Below are positions 37,696-49,818 of a stretch of DNA of 61,401 nt, piece after piece. The notes below the pieces were generated by a model that saw only the letters and a program-made list of their open reading frames with translations, did no database searches and was not told where the DNA came from. This DNA is from Girardia tigrina (taxonomy: Eukaryota), in the NCBI GenBank assembly GCA_001938485.1, contig MQRK01190407.1, positions 1 to 61,401 on the forward strand. The letters are read 5' to 3'. Each line of letters begins with the position of its first letter. Within the stretch, counting starts at the first letter, position 1. The translations under genes were made by a program, and so were the position numbers.

Positions 37696-39505
37696 GTGTG
37701 TATTAGGATGTCCCATAACTTTCTTCCAATTTTTGAAGCGAAATAAATGTACGATATTTGCTGTTTCAGGTTGATTTATTATGTTTTACATAAACCGTTT
37801 TGTTCTCCAACCTTCCTCCCTCTCTCAAGAACTCTCATTATGGAATCTTTCCAAAACTCTTAAGGTTTACTTTCAAAATATTCATGTAGGTGCGTTTTTA
37901 TTTCACTTATATATTTGAAAGATTTACCACGGAGAGAAATTTTTAAAGAGAGTAACAAGTAATAATCGGATGGAACAAAGTCTGTGGAGTACGGAGGATG
38001 AGATAAAGTGTCCCAATCAAACTGGATTTATGTTATACGAAACTTCGTCAGTTCGCCAATCCTGACCGTTTTTCTTCTATGGGAGCCTTCAGTTGATCCA
38101 TTTAATTGCAATATTTGTCTGTATCACCTTACGGAAGGAGCTCGTAGTACAATACACCATTCCAATCCCACCAAATGCACAGAAGAGCCTTCTTCGGATA
38201 AAACCAAGGCTTTGCAACAGATGAAGGTCTATTTTCTTGATACCTAGTGCATCTAGAGGCATCCACTACCTCATTCACACTTATCGCAGATTTTCAGAGA
38301 GCACAGTTTTGTCGATGTCCGTAATAGCCATTGCTGGATGGCCCCTGCAGTCGTTATTTTTTAACAAAAAATTGACAGCTCTAAATTTCTTAAACCGATT
38401 TCGGACGGTCCTAATAGTCGTCTCGTCACTCCCGTAAACGGTGAAAATATCGTCTGCAGTGTCCTTTGCACTATTGCCTGTTTTAAAACAATCAAGTATA
38501 ACATGATGCAAATGCTTCTTTTGGCTCTCCATATTGGACGGTGTAGAAAACAAATTTAAAAAGACTTCTTACCAACGAAACGGGCCCTAAAAGGGCTCTG
38601 GGAAGACTGAAACTGATGCCTTAAATGGCTAAGAGATAAGCCTGTATTTTATATAAACATAGCCAGTTAGAGTCACATGTAGCGTGGTATAGTAGAAATG
38701 TATGGGACAACCTAATATATACAAATATAATATAATATTGATTTCATATATTCTAGGTTCTTTAATATTATAGTTTTCACAGTAATTATAATTTTTAATC
38801 GCAGTTATATTGTACATAAAAATCCTGGGATGTTGTCTGATAAGTATATGAATAATCTTTCGATGTATTATTTCAAATTACTTTACAATATCTTTTAATT
38901 ATTATTTATTTGCTTTAGTGGAAATATTTGCGGCTCAAAAATCACAAATTACTTACTTGAAAAATCTAGAATTGTTAATATTGTAAAGATATTATTAAGT
39001 TTTTAATAAAATAATTGTCTTTGATTTACTAGAATCCATTAGAACGAGGCTATCATATATTTTATGAAGTATTACAAGGTTTTGATTCCTACAGTAAAAG
39101 TCAATACTATTTTAAAAATATCCAAGATTACGATTATTTAAATCAGGTTTTATTGTTTCTAGTCTTTCATTTGTTAATTATTTTTCCCTTAGTCCAAGAA
39201 CTTTTTTATCAAAGATAGAAATGATGCAAATAATCTAACAGAATTTATGAACCAGTGGTCTTCTTTAGGATTATCAGCAGAGGAAATGGATGTTACAATG
39301 CGAATATTAAGTGGAGTTTTACATTTGGGCAATGTTAAGTTTATGGAAGAACAAGTAAATATTTATTTATTAATAAAAACCAAATTTTTTATCTAAATTT
39401 TAGGAGATAAGCTATCTAGCAGAAACAGAAAATATTGGTATTGTTGCCAAAGTTTTGAAGGTTGATCAAGATTCATTGAAACATTGTTTAACGATGAAAA
39501 CAACC
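17306..39505 (+). CDS. Unconventional myosin heavy chain, N-terminal part of the motor domain (class XV/XXII-like). Exons 17306-17367, 26044-26107, 26156-26265, 34855-34929, 34985-35212, 38919-38982, 39033-39146, 39193-39354, 39404-39505; gene continues 3'
   Basis: All introns are GT..AG with consistent phases. Spliced product: [55 protein letters not shown]...PPHLFGIG...[14 protein letters not shown] (P-loop)...[25 protein letters not shown] (switch I)...YLLEKSRIV...ERGYHIFYE...LHLGNVKF...CLTMKTT. Class is inferred from the PLLESFGNA / EIFF pattern and the lack of an N-terminal SH3-like extension. Confidence 0.92.
17955..18730 (-). mobile_element. Degenerate Penelope-like element (RT C-terminal part plus GIY-YIG)
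   Basis: [31 protein letters not shown]...FYRK is the PLE RT thumb motif. YKFDCHG lies downstream. Confidence 0.75.
20583..21921 (+). mobile_element. Tc1 transposon with pseudogenised transposase (~20776-21779)
   Basis: TA followed by TIR CAGTCGTGGGCATAATTCACCGGCCACCC; the right TIR GGGTGGCTGGTAAATTGTGGCCAC is truncated. Motifs [35 protein letters not shown]. Confidence 0.92.
21925..22278. repeat. Perfect foldback (~120-bp arms) centred on (TA)n; the internal N gap has duplicated overlap sequence
   Basis: 21925-22043 is the exact reverse complement of ~22160-22278. Confidence 0.85.
22560..23640 (+). mobile_element. Degenerate Ty3/Gypsy pol fragment (protease end and RT)
   Basis: [51 protein letters not shown] and LCNFYRKFI. 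Confidence 0.85.
26044..26265 (+). CDS. Myosin exons 2-3 (48-bp intron 26108-26155)
   Basis: NLQIRY...IY|[13 protein letters not shown]...DMPP. Confidence 0.92.
27573..28202 (+). CDS. Intronless USP8 N-terminal-like ORF (MIT/USP8 dimerisation domain plus partial rhodanese domain, no catalytic domain), nested in myosin intron 3; possibly a retrocopy
   Basis: 209-aa intact ORF. K.+YL.....[27 protein letters not shown] and rhodanese-like [17 protein letters not shown]...NIP match USP8/UBPY N-termini. Confidence 0.8.
   Translation: MDKKPVYLCKNFKELQKKSEISKYVTNSIMKTCETLSKVYEQYEKSLLEKDEEIAYIYVMRFLTMVCEVKKSFKSDTKYINVMFNSEKVNQAFEKAEKLKESLQARYELDKQREMEIKKEPVKDFSNVVKEFVSVEEFYKCIKQNENVLIIDSRPESEFAACHISHTRVFNIPADSLSALDNKSTNTSSLPKITRRHGFLSTQISIKYK
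28330..28880 (-). pseudogene. Degenerate transposase-like fragment (possibly hAT N-terminal region)
   Basis: Coding-like composition with a broken ORF. Only a weak motif resemblance. Confidence 0.25.
29793..30226. mobile_element. MITE with TIR ACGGATAACATSAAATAGTAGG, flanking TA, and internal AAATAGTAGGTG repeats
   Basis: The termini are inverted and TA lies on both sides. About 9 copies of the 12-bp motif occur in both orientations around an N gap. Confidence 0.8.
30440..31283 (-). pseudogene. Tc1 transposase pseudogene containing an 81-bp spliceosomal intron (30768-30848)
   Basis: MDTPICIRQ...[34 protein letters not shown] and [16 protein letters not shown]...TTTTAG intron joins KK|VAFSDES in frame. 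Confidence 0.85.
34855..35212 (+). CDS. Myosin exons 4-5 (55-bp intron 34930-34984), P-loop and switch I
   Basis: [10 protein letters not shown] and NDNSSRFGK. Confidence 0.95.
35990..37080 (+). mobile_element. Degenerate R2/NeSL-like non-LTR retrotransposon fragment (post-RT region), split by a Helitron
   Basis: [32 protein letters not shown] matches the Y...+.GGLG+ motif of RLE-type non-LTR elements. The frame resumes after 36976. Confidence 0.6.
36463..36976 (+). mobile_element. Non-autonomous Helitron
   Basis: Inserted between A and T with no TSD. 5' TC terminus followed by TATAAAAG and CACT-type repeats. 3' hairpin CCGTCA-TACA-TGACGG (36949-36964), then CTAG (36973-36976). Confidence 0.85.
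37703..38715 (-). mobile_element. mariner transposon, internally deleted/degenerate
   Basis: TA TSDs and TIR TTAGGWTGTCCCATA. Transposase [13 protein letters not shown]...VYG...FKKFR and [15 protein letters not shown] (DD34D). Confidence 0.92.
38919..39505 (+). CDS. Myosin exons 6-9 (46-50-bp introns)
   Basis: [17 protein letters not shown] and LHLGNVKF. Confidence 0.93.
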
Positions 39506-41575
39506 GTTAGTGAATAATTATTTAATTTAAGAAAAAAACACAAAATAAACAAATTAATTTTATATAGAAATTTGTGTGTTTCAAAATAATTTTTAAATAT
39601 CAGTTCTGTTTGTATAAACTTGACATTAAAAAACTAGGGTATCGTATTTTTCTTCTTGAATCATTCGTTAATCACTTTTTGAATAATTTTAAATAATAAA
39701 AAACAAATATTTTATAATTCTCTTTTTCTGACTAAATCTTGTGTTATTCCTCTTTTATACATTAAAATTTGAGAAAATATTGTCAAAAATTAAGATTTGT
39801 CTTTCAACTATGATTGTTGGAAGATCTTTTATTTATTTACAAGTCCAAGTTAGTCATTATAAGGTTAAATTCTTAGAAAATGTGTACTATCGGTTTTTAA
39901 TTTTAGTAATTCAATGGATTCTAGTATATAAAACAGTATATTTTTATATATTTTATTTATTAATTCATTAAAATGTTTTTCTTTTTCCAAATTTTATTTC
40001 ATGTCATGTCAATTTGTAAAATAAAAGTATAACTTAATTATTGTACACATAAAACTTTACATACTTGTTATTTGAAACTTTAAAAAATTATTTTGTACTT
40101 TTTCGAAAACTTTCATGTCTTCTCTTTAAACCCAACTTACTACTTACTTTTTTAACCCAAATTACTCATGTTAGGAACTTTTCGTGAACTTTAAATTTTC
40201 GAATATTTAAAATATAAAATCATTTATAATTACAATAAATTCAAATAATTTATTTACAAAAGTTATAAGAAAAATAATATAAAAATGGAAATTATAATTG
40301 AAAAGAATTTTTACAGTTAATATTAAAATCAAAAGTGAAAATAAATATTTTAGAAAAACGATTTTTAACATCGAAATTTAAATCGGAAATCATTTTTATA
40401 ATTAATGTTTAAAATAAAGCAATGAAAATAAATATTTTTGGAAATCAATTTAACATTGAAATTAAAAGCGAAAATGATTTCTATAATTTATGTTTAAAAT
40501 CGTATTTCTGAATTACAAAAATTGTAAATAAATTTTTAATTTATTATGCAAAACTTTTCAAAATAAAATCAATGTTACATCATTAATTATTATATTGATG
40601 TTTATATTTAGAATTTTAAAAATCTGGTTAATGTAAATTGAAAATATTGTTCCTCATAAATTTGTTTGTAAAATGTAATGTGTTAGAAAACAATTTTTAG
40701 TATCATTAATTTTGATCTTAATCACGAATCCAATAACTCCAAAGACAAATTGAATTCCAGAATTTTCTTTATGTACTTTATGTTCATTGATTTTTACGTA
40801 GGTATTTTCTTTCATTTAGCTCAATAAAATCTATTATCACTATCACGAAAATGATATAAACGTAACGTTGCCCTTCTATTTATTTATTAAATTTCCTTTA
40901 ATAAATGATATAAATGAATGTTTTAGTAACAGCCCTATCAAGCGCATCACCTTTATTAGGGATCCGGTAAGATGCATTCGAATATTACTTATTATAGTAA
41001 TTATCTTATTACTATAATTAAATAAAAACAAAAAAATAAAAAAGTAATAGGATTTAATTGTAAAAAAGAAAATAATTCAATTAAGACAAATTATCAATAA
41101 ACTTTATATCACGCACAACAAAAAAAATAGCCTCATCAAAAATAATAATAATAATAGACAGTCAGGATCACAAGCAGTCTAACTACTAATTATAAACAGT
41201 CAGCAATACTTAATAGCCAATTTCATAATTTTTTTATTGCTAAGTTATAATTTTTTATAATTCTGAATTTAATATTTATGGCTTCATGACAATATTGATT
41301 TATTTATTTGACATTTGAAATTTGAAATTGGATAATTTCAAATATTAATAATTATATTACTTATTATATAATTATTGGAAGGTGAAATTTTTTCTTGTTT
41401 CTTTCTTTGTTTTTTTTCCTTTCACTGTATAAAAATCACTCTTTTGGTACCTTCAGTTACTCTTCCCCCACATAAATAAATAAAATAAAAATAAAATCAC
41501 AAACACGCAATAAAGAAAAATGATTAAACAAATATGTACATCTACTGTAAAACGAATAGGTATATGATAATACAT

Positions 41576-42120
41576 TCACGGACATAAATGTATTACACTT
41601 TTCTTGAGATGTTCACTTTTAAGAACATTTAAACAAGTCCCGTTTGAATTTTTATTGCAATCCCATTTAAGGTCATTATGACTCTCAGAAAGTCTTTCAT
41701 CGTTTGTCATCCTTCTAATTGGTTTTCTTATTTCTGTTTTTAATCATGATTATTCGAACAATTTTTCTAAGTTATTTTTTTAAAATATTTAACCTCTAAA
41801 AAATATTAATTAAAAAGTAATAATTTTTACAATTTCTCAATAAATCCCAAAATAATAAATGTCATCAAATTACAAAAAAATGCATTTAATTTAAATTTTA
41901 CTAAAAATTATTAAACTCAATTTTAATTGTGAAATTAAAAATATAAACTTATCAAATGACTATTTTAATTATGTTCGAATAGTCAATCACTTTAAATTTA
42001 AATAAAAAAAATACCAATTTCCATCTGGGTGGGGAATCACCATTCTAAATTCAACATACTTAAATCAACATACAGCATCCATACATTTACACATTGAAAC
42101 AATTTAAAATATTCCCCACA
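41576..42120 (-). repeat. TGTGAGG-family element copy C (type A), with short ORF 41710->41576 MTNDERLSESHNDLKWDCNKNSNGTCLNVLKSEHLKKSVIHLCP*
   Basis: Close paralogue of 4840-5340. Confidence 0.8.
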
Positions 42121-42226
42121 TTCACGAAATTGAATTTTATTTTGTGTAAACTGACGAAATTGTCCTCGTGTTTTTGAATTGAAAATAAGCCTTGTTTTTA
42201 TCTGCAAATGATTTATATATTGTGTC

Positions 42227-43320
42227 TGTGAGGAATATGGGATGTATAATAGTTTTTTGTAGTGTTTGCATGTTTAAATGTTATGTGTTGATTTTGGATT
42301 GAGCCTCTCCTAATCAGATGGATGATCGATATTTTAATTCTTATAATCTGAAACTAATTTATTTAAATTTAGATTTAATATTCAAATTTTTAATATTGCA
42401 ACTTTTAAATAATTTTATTGATTTTATTTTTGTAAATTTTTAAATAATTAAAATCAAATTAATGTTTAAATAATAAATAAAAAAGTTTTAAAAACCACGT
42501 TTTCATATGGACTAAAAAGAGGAAAATAATTTTTTTCTAGACATGTGAGAAATTTTATACCTAACCAAAAACGTGGGGTGGATTTCNNNNNNNNNNNNNN
42601 NNNNNNNNNNNNNNNNNNNNNNNNNNNNNNNNNNNNNNNNNNNNNNNNNNNNNNNNNNNNNNNNNNNNNNNNNNNNNNNNNNNNNNNNNNNNNNNNNNNN
42701 NNNNNNNNNNNNNNNNNNNNNNNNNNNNNNNNNNNNNNNNNNNNNNNNNNNNNNNNNNNNNNNNNNNNNNNNNNNNNNNNNNNNNNNNNNNNNNNNNNNN
42801 NNNNNNNNNNNNNNNNNNNNNNNNNNNNNNNNNNNTGAGATGCAGAGATGCTAAAATCTCAAAATGTCAGGCAGAAGAAGCCTACATAAAAAATTTCAGA
42901 ACGATCGAATGAGTGGAAGTGGTCTAAAAAAGCGTGTGAAAAGTGAAACATCACTAACAAACAGAAAGACAGACAGAACCCAAAGCAAGTTAAGTAAAAC
43001 GTGGTAAAATGACTATAGAAATATTTTATTTAAGCCAATAAAATTTAAATTAAATATTTTTTAATAAAATAATTTTCTCAAGTATAGTTCAGATTATGAG
43101 AGATATTGAAAATTGAGTGATGGATTATATTGAAAGCAATACTATTGATCATCATAAAGATGATAAGAAATGTGAATGTAATAAATGTTCTGTCAAATGT
43201 GTGAGTTCTCTTAACAGTGTCGTAGACTCTTGTAGTACATATAGAAAAAGCTAAGCGCAATCAAATTCAAATTATTTAATACCTCACAAAATTCGTTTGT
43301 TTCTGAGTTGTAAGTTATAA
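42227..43320 (+). repeat. TGTGAGG-family element copy D (type B), with short ORF 43120-43254 MDYIESNTIDHHKDDKKCECNKCSVKCVSSLNSVVDSCSTYRKS*
   Basis: Collinear with copy B once the 42490-43009 insertion is removed. Confidence 0.78.
42490..43009. mobile_element. Helentron-associated (HINE/DINE-1-like) non-autonomous element
   Basis: Subterminal inverted repeats ACCACGTTTT / AAAACGTGGT, an extra internal AAAACGTGGG and an ACAG microsatellite, inserted in an A/T run. Confidence 0.55.
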
Positions 43321-43348
43321 CATGGCTTTTAATAATACATTATTTTTA

Positions 43349-43558
43349 CAGGGTGGCCCAATGGGTACGCAGCCTCTAATTTGTGCATATTCTAAACCTA
43401 CTCGTCAAGACGAGTATTTTGATATATAACATGTGAGGTGTAAAAATTCCAGAACTTGACCTTTTGACTCACATGTTATATATCAAAATACTCGTCTTGA
43501 CGAGTAGGTTTAGAATATGCAAAAATTAGAGGCTGCGTACTCTCATTGGGCCACCTTG
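43349..43558. mobile_element. Tc1/mariner-type MITE (near-complete hairpin)
   Basis: TA TSD, TIR CAGGGTGGCCCAATG and ~90-bp inverted arms. Confidence 0.9.
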
Positions 43559-45555
43559 TATTATGGTTGATATGTTATTTTGTAAATGTATTTGTGTTAT
43601 CACTTTATTCTTACATTTTTGTGTGGGTAAGTTCAGCTAGTTAATTGATATAAGTCTGCTGGTATTTTAGTCGTATCGTTATATTTACAAATGTTTAATT
43701 TTTCTTTATTTTATAATGTTAATCAATAAGACATGCAAAAGTGCTTTTACAACATCTACAAATACTACTAGTTTAAATACAATCAGGTATAAGAACTGAA
43801 TGTTTGTACAAATAATGCTTGTGATGTTTAAAAGTCTCCAGAATTTCTCTTTTCCATTGTATATCCTCATTTGATAAACAATATCATTTTTCCATATGCA
43901 TGCTATTATTATAAAAACATTTTTTATCGAAAAGCTAGACCTAAGAAATGTATTCAGAATCAATTTTCATATTTTTAGTGGGAATTTTTATCACTTCCGT
44001 TCTTTATTCATCTGAGTTTGACATAAATTTGTTTTTTGTCATCCTCTTCAGATAGCAAAGCAGGAAAGCATAACTCTGAGTAAAACCCAGACTTGTGTAA
44101 AAATGTAAAAACTACGGATTTTACTAAAACAAAATTAAAAAGTCAGCGGAATATTTGTGGACGAGGAAGTGATCACTCACAGTTGATTATTTGTGTTGTA
44201 ACATTACAAATTAAGATTTAAAATATTGTTAAAATAGTTAATCAAATTAAAAATAAAATAAAAAGAAGATAGTCAATGTTTCTCAATTTCCTCTTCTCTT
44301 TCTTATCTTTTTCTTTAATAAATTTTCAAACTTTCACTAATAATTTTCAATGATTACTTTTACCTATTGGTTGCTTATTAAATTAAACAATTTTTTAAAA
44401 AATTCTTTTAAATTACTTTACAAAACGATATCCGATTATTTATTAATTATTTGGTACATTATTATATGCAGCATTACTCTTTAGATGAATGAATATAATG
44501 TAGCATAATGTGTTACCAGTTACTTAAAAGCATCATTTTAAAGCTTCATTTCATGGTTCATTCGAGATTATCCACTGTAAAAACTTTTCTACAGAATGTT
44601 ACATTGCGCTCTATTATTTTATGAATTAAACATTTTATTGATTATTGAACATTGAATGCGTAACGTAAAATTTCTAAAACTAAACAATTTGTTACTATCT
44701 AACTGAATTATTTTTTCTATTGGTTTTATAAAGTATTTTTTGTTAAAACTGTTAAAATAGGTTTGAGTTTTTAAAGAATATTTTATTTAGCTAAAAATAT
44801 ATATACAATATTTTTCAGAAATTAGCGTTACCGCTAAGTATCACAATTTTGAAATATTTTAAATTTCTCGCCGAACATAAATATTTTTGGCTGAAAGATA
44901 ATATTTTTGAACTCTACAATATAATATGTAAATAATCAACAAAAGAAACACAAATGCCTTCAAGACAATCAACGGTTGATAGGTTTTGTGAGGATTTTGA
45001 AAAACAAGTATAAAATTTTGAATTTAAAATCTAACAAAGAATTTTCCAAAACATTTAAAACTATATCATAAATTAAAATATTTTACGATTAGAATAATAT
45101 CAGTTAATATACATTTTTATAATAAAAATGGAAACTTATTAAAAAAATAATTTAAATTAAAGATGGTAATAAATTTGGATATAAAGACTTTTTAAATTAA
45201 AATACAAATTTAATAAAGTTTAGAATAAATTTTTTTAATAGAATTTGAAATAAAATATTTTTTATTACAAATTTAAAAATGTAGGACCTTAATAATGGTT
45301 GAAATAAAAAAAGGTTTTAATAAAACTTGAGATAAAATAATTTGATTACAAATTTAAAATGAAAAACTTTAAGGTTGAAATAAAAAACTTTTAATAGAAT
45401 TTGAAGTAAAAAATATTTTTGTAATTAATTTAAAATAAAATTAAAAAATTCAGGGAATCAAATGTGAATATATTGAATGAAGTCGGAAAGTTCTCTTTCA
45501 ACTTTTTCACCGGATAATTCGTCATCAATTTACAAGACGGTTTTGAATCTTTATA

Positions 45556-47036
45556 TACCATTTTTCGTTCAATTTGAACATTTTGTTTTTCAAATTGAAC
45601 ATTTTACCAATGAATCGCAACATTTTATTATACAAATTGAACATGTATAAAATAAAAAAACAAGATATGATAATAGTTTATTAATATATTAACAACTCGT
45701 AATAACAACTTGTTTAATGATGAAAATATGGCAATTCAGCTGCGTAGTTTATAATATTTCAAAAAATTGTTCTTAAAATATTCCGCGCTATCTGATGCCG
45801 TGATATTATTCGTTTCAGATAACGTCAGTTCAGACAACAATAATCCATTAGTTCCAAATCTTAATTTTGATCTTACACCATTCTTAATTTTGAAAAAGCA
45901 TTTTCAATAGGGTTAAGCATATAAGAAGAATAAGGTGAAAGGAATTTAAATTCAAAATAAAATTCTGAAGTTATTCTTTCAATTTCTTTTTTTTATGTAA
46001 TCTGGCGTTACCTATTATTAAACAAGCTTTTTGCATATAAAGAACATTTCTCAAAAAGCAACATAGGGTAGTAATATAATTAGTAAAAATATTAGCATTG
46101 ACGGTAGAGTTTTTTTTCCGTTGACTGTCATACTTGTAATTAAAGAAATCGATCTACCTCTTACTCTTGGTGTTGATACTATAGCACGAGTTCCTTGCTT
46201 CGATCTCGCATGAGATCTTTTTAAATGTAAATTAAAAAATGATTCATCGATAAATATCGCCCCTGAAAAATCATTGTTGAAATGGTTGTTAAACCACAGC
46301 GCATATTCCTTTCTCAAAATGATTTTTTCGACCGAATTAAACTCTATCCAGCCCTCTATGGAAAAGTTTCATAGTTATTTTTAGCTCTTCTAGGCAGTTA
46401 TTAATGCTAGAAATTGATATCGAAATTTTCGAATCGGCTGCTTGCTCAAGCTTTTCTTTAATTTAAACTATGGGTTAAATGTAACGATCTCCTCAATTTT
46501 GTTTATATTATGCGCTGTGAGAACTGCTCTTATTGAACCACCTTTTGCTTTGAGGTTAACAATATTGTGCTTGTTATATTTATTGACTATTACTCTTGCT
46601 GAATTATAGTTAATTTGAAGCTGAATTATAGTTAATTTATAGTTACTCTGAAGCTTCTAATATACTCTGTTCTTGTTCACAGACGAGTCTAATTAAGCTT
46701 TGGCGTTTTTCATTGGATATTTTAGCATATTAAACTCTTGTTGGGGTTTGATTTGCAGGATTAACTGTCAAGGCAGTATTGTTCGAATTATATGAATCCA
46801 TTTTGATTTTTGAAAAAAGCGTGAAATTGCGTTAAATAAATTTAAACAAATTAATTTCTTTTTTATATTTCTATATTTAATATTAACCCTAACTTATTTA
46901 TTAGGTTAGTTATTAGTTAAAATTTTTGATTTAAAATTTTGAACAAAATGTTGCGATTCATTGATAAAATATTCAATTTGAAAAATAAAATGTTGCGATT
47001 CATTGATAAAATGTTCAATTTGACCGGAAAATGGTA
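45556..47036 (-). mobile_element. IS630/Tc1-like DNA transposon with degenerate transposase
   Basis: TIR TACCATTTT.CG.TCAA.TTGAACATTTT with subterminal repeats, in a TATA context. Motifs INYNSARVIV...KGG, IFIDESFFNLHLKR...RGRSISLI and LSPYSSYMLNPIE. Confidence 0.88.
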
Positions 47037-47271
47037 TATAACCACTTTCTTAATTTCTTTGATATGGGTTCTTCTGTCTCGAGTAAAAATTGCAGTATTG
47101 AATCATTGATTGTGATACTGCAAAAAAATTAAATAAAAAATGATCATGTTGCCAAAATAACAAAATATAAAATTAAATAAACGTCTTTTGACGTGATCAT
47201 TTCTGATTGAACTGTTTTCCTTGTGTGGCTTGTGTTAATTTTAATCGAATCGATCGATCGAATGTTTAACG

Positions 47272-48019
47272 CAGTGTTTCCCAACCTTCTTCAGTGGCGG
47301 CACCCCAATATGCAATTTTAAAATTACGCGACACCCACCCACTCACACCCCCAAAAAAGGGTGATTGTTTTTATTAGAAAGGAACATATTAATCACATAC
47401 CATATTTTTATTGCAAAATACATACATATATATATTTATAAATCTTTTTGACTTCAAATTTTTTAAAAGTAATTACATAAAAAATTGTATTGAAATTTAT
47501 TAGAGTTATAAAGAGGCCAACCGAAAAAGTTGCAGAAATTGCAACTTTTTGCCACCCGGTTACCCTAGTTATAAAGGTTTATTGTATTTGTAAACCTTTG
47601 GATATCAGTGAAGTGAAAATTGTAAATGAAAATTTGTTTGAAATGTCATCAATAAGTATTTCTATTATTGTTTTTAAAAAAAACTTTTATTATGGATGTC
47701 GACATAAGCATAACTAACAGTCGCTGTTGTGATATACACTATGCTTCTACTATTCCAATGCACTGGACATTCTTACGACATACGAATATCAGGGATTTAC
47801 TGAGTGTTATTATTTAGCAATGAATTGAAAGTAAAAGTAATTTAAATATTTCTTCTATTATTTATAGATATTTTTTGTACAATTTCATTTTTTCATTTAT
47901 TTATATATTATATATTATAATATTATTGTCTAATACATATTTTATTATTTTATAATTTCGTACATCTCACGAGCTCGCGGCACCCAAAAGTGCTGCGGCA
48001 CCCAGGTTGGTAATCACTG
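47272..48019. mobile_element. Non-autonomous hAT (Charlie/Buster-type) element
   Basis: TIR CAGTGTTTCCCAACC / GGTTGGTAATCACTG, 8-bp TSD GTTTAACG / GTTTAATG, and GCGGCACCC subterminal repeats. Confidence 0.88.
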
Positions 48020-48224
48020 GTTTAATGTATAGATTTTGTTTTTGTTTTATCAAGTCAATGGGGAAAAGATTATGTCGCAGGACTTTGAAAATAAATTTTT
48101 CGGTACGTATTTTTGTTTGATTTTCAACTGTCTGTAGAGTTCTCGAATTCTTGTTTCCAAAATGGCAGATTAATTTAGAGTTAAAAATAAACAAGTTCCA
48201 GTTGTTTATTTTTCGCCCTTTAAA

Positions 48225-49030
48225 GATGTTGAAATTAAACTAGTTCAATTCACAGTTGAGAAGGACTCATTCCAAATTCATCATTTTCCTCCACTCACAA
48301 CTCAATCCACTTTCTGGTTACAAGACTACCATATCACGTCTCAACGAATCTTGCAGATTTCGAGCAACTGGTTACGGAGCGATCGCCAACGGACTCTCAT
48401 TGACAAAATCCAGTCCATTTTATCGAATTACTCAATCAATGAAGGAATGTTGTGTAATCGACTTCAGTTTATCGAGAATAAAATGTCTTCCTGTCATGTT
48501 AAGGAGGTGACTGGTGCTGCGGACGGCGATTTGACGATTGATATTGATTATCTTATTAGGAAGAATGAGGAGAAAGGAGAAAAAAGGAGACGATGATGTG
48601 TTTCAGATATTGAAGGATTACGACAAGCTAAACTGCTACAGAGTTTTTGATGAATCGTTTATTGAATGTAGAGTTTGTTTTGCGTAGAAGCTGAGATTGG
48701 ATTGTGTGGAGTTGGAAAAATGCGGACATCTGGTGGGTTTGAGATGCGTGATGAAGTCCGTTAAGAGGAGACCATAAAGTTGGGTAATCAAGTTAAAGTG
48801 TTCGGTTTCCAACGAGGCGACGGATTACAAAGAATTTAAACTCGTTCTCAGGAATGATGAATTTGAGAGATTGAACCAATTATTGTTGAATCAGTGTTTA
48901 AAGCGAGCAACTAAAATTAGTGATTGTCCAAGTTTCGGTATTTACCGAAGAACAGCATGGTTTCTATGCCCAGGGCGACTTTTTTGTTTTGAATGCCGAA
49001 TGACTTATCACTGACCGGAAAAATGGGAAA
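48225..49030 (+). pseudogene. Intronless RBR E3 ligase (RNF14/ARA54-like) pseudogene
   Basis: RWD-like end (LQISSNWL), RING1-like IECRVCF...DCVELEKCGH...RC, linker EFERLNQLLLNQCL and IBR start DCP. Many stops and frameshifts. Confidence 0.65.
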
Positions 49031-49371
49031 TTCGTTTTTGTTCCTCCCCACAATCCGAATTCCGCCTCCCAACACCAGCGTGCCGCAGCTACAAAACCAC
49101 TGCGCCCGCTCTTGCACCAACAGATCAAGTGTCACCACTAAAATATAACTAGTTAAAAGAAACTAGAAAAACTAGAAGTAAGAATTTTCTACAGACTCAA
49201 AAGAAACAAGGAGCCTGTCATACTTTACACAGATAGGAAAGAATGTTCGAGAATCAGAACATTTTAATGATTCAAACTTTTCCGGTAAATTGACCTATTC
49301 GATCATAATTATTTTCACAACTGTTATAATTTTATTATCGATTTTTTGAGATGATTGTCAATAATCATTTC

Positions 49372-49815
49372 CGTGAGGAATATTTGGAACGTTTGATATT
49401 GATTTGGCAGATAAATATTTTAATTATTTTATGAAATTAATTTATTCTAATTTATTTTTAATTTATTATAATTGTAAATTTAAAAATGATTTTACTAATT
49501 TTATTTTTAAATTTGTAAATTACTAAATTAAATTAATATTTTAAAATGATTAACAGTTATTTTAATTTAACCAATTAAATTTGTAGTAAATATTTAAATA
49601 TAATATGTAGTTCAGATTTTGAGATAATAAACTTTGTAATAAACTAAGTAATAAACTTTGATCGATGAATATGAGCAAAAGCAATACGACGGATTGCCAG
49701 AAAGATGATCCTAATTGTAATTGTAATAAATGTAGTAACAAATGTGTTAGTTCTCTTAACAATTTCAAAGAAAAAATGTAGATCATTCAACAACTTAATC
49801 AAATTTCATGTGATT
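49372..49815 (+). repeat. TGTGAGG-family element copy E (type B, head internally deleted), with short ORF 49665-49781 MNMSKSNTTDCQKDDPNCNCNKCSNKCVSSLNNFKEKM*
   Basis: The ORF and its flanks align with copies B and D. Confidence 0.72.
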
Positions 49816-49818
49816 TAA

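Noticed and set aside
6407-42120. One 36-kb TIR element bounded by family copies B and C
   Set aside because: The flanks give no TSD, the two heads belong to different subfamilies, and the interval contains the host myosin gene.
42227-43288. Solo LTR TGTGAGG...CCTCACA
   Set aside because: The flanks (GTGTC / AAATT) are not a TSD, and similarity to copy E continues past CCTCACA.
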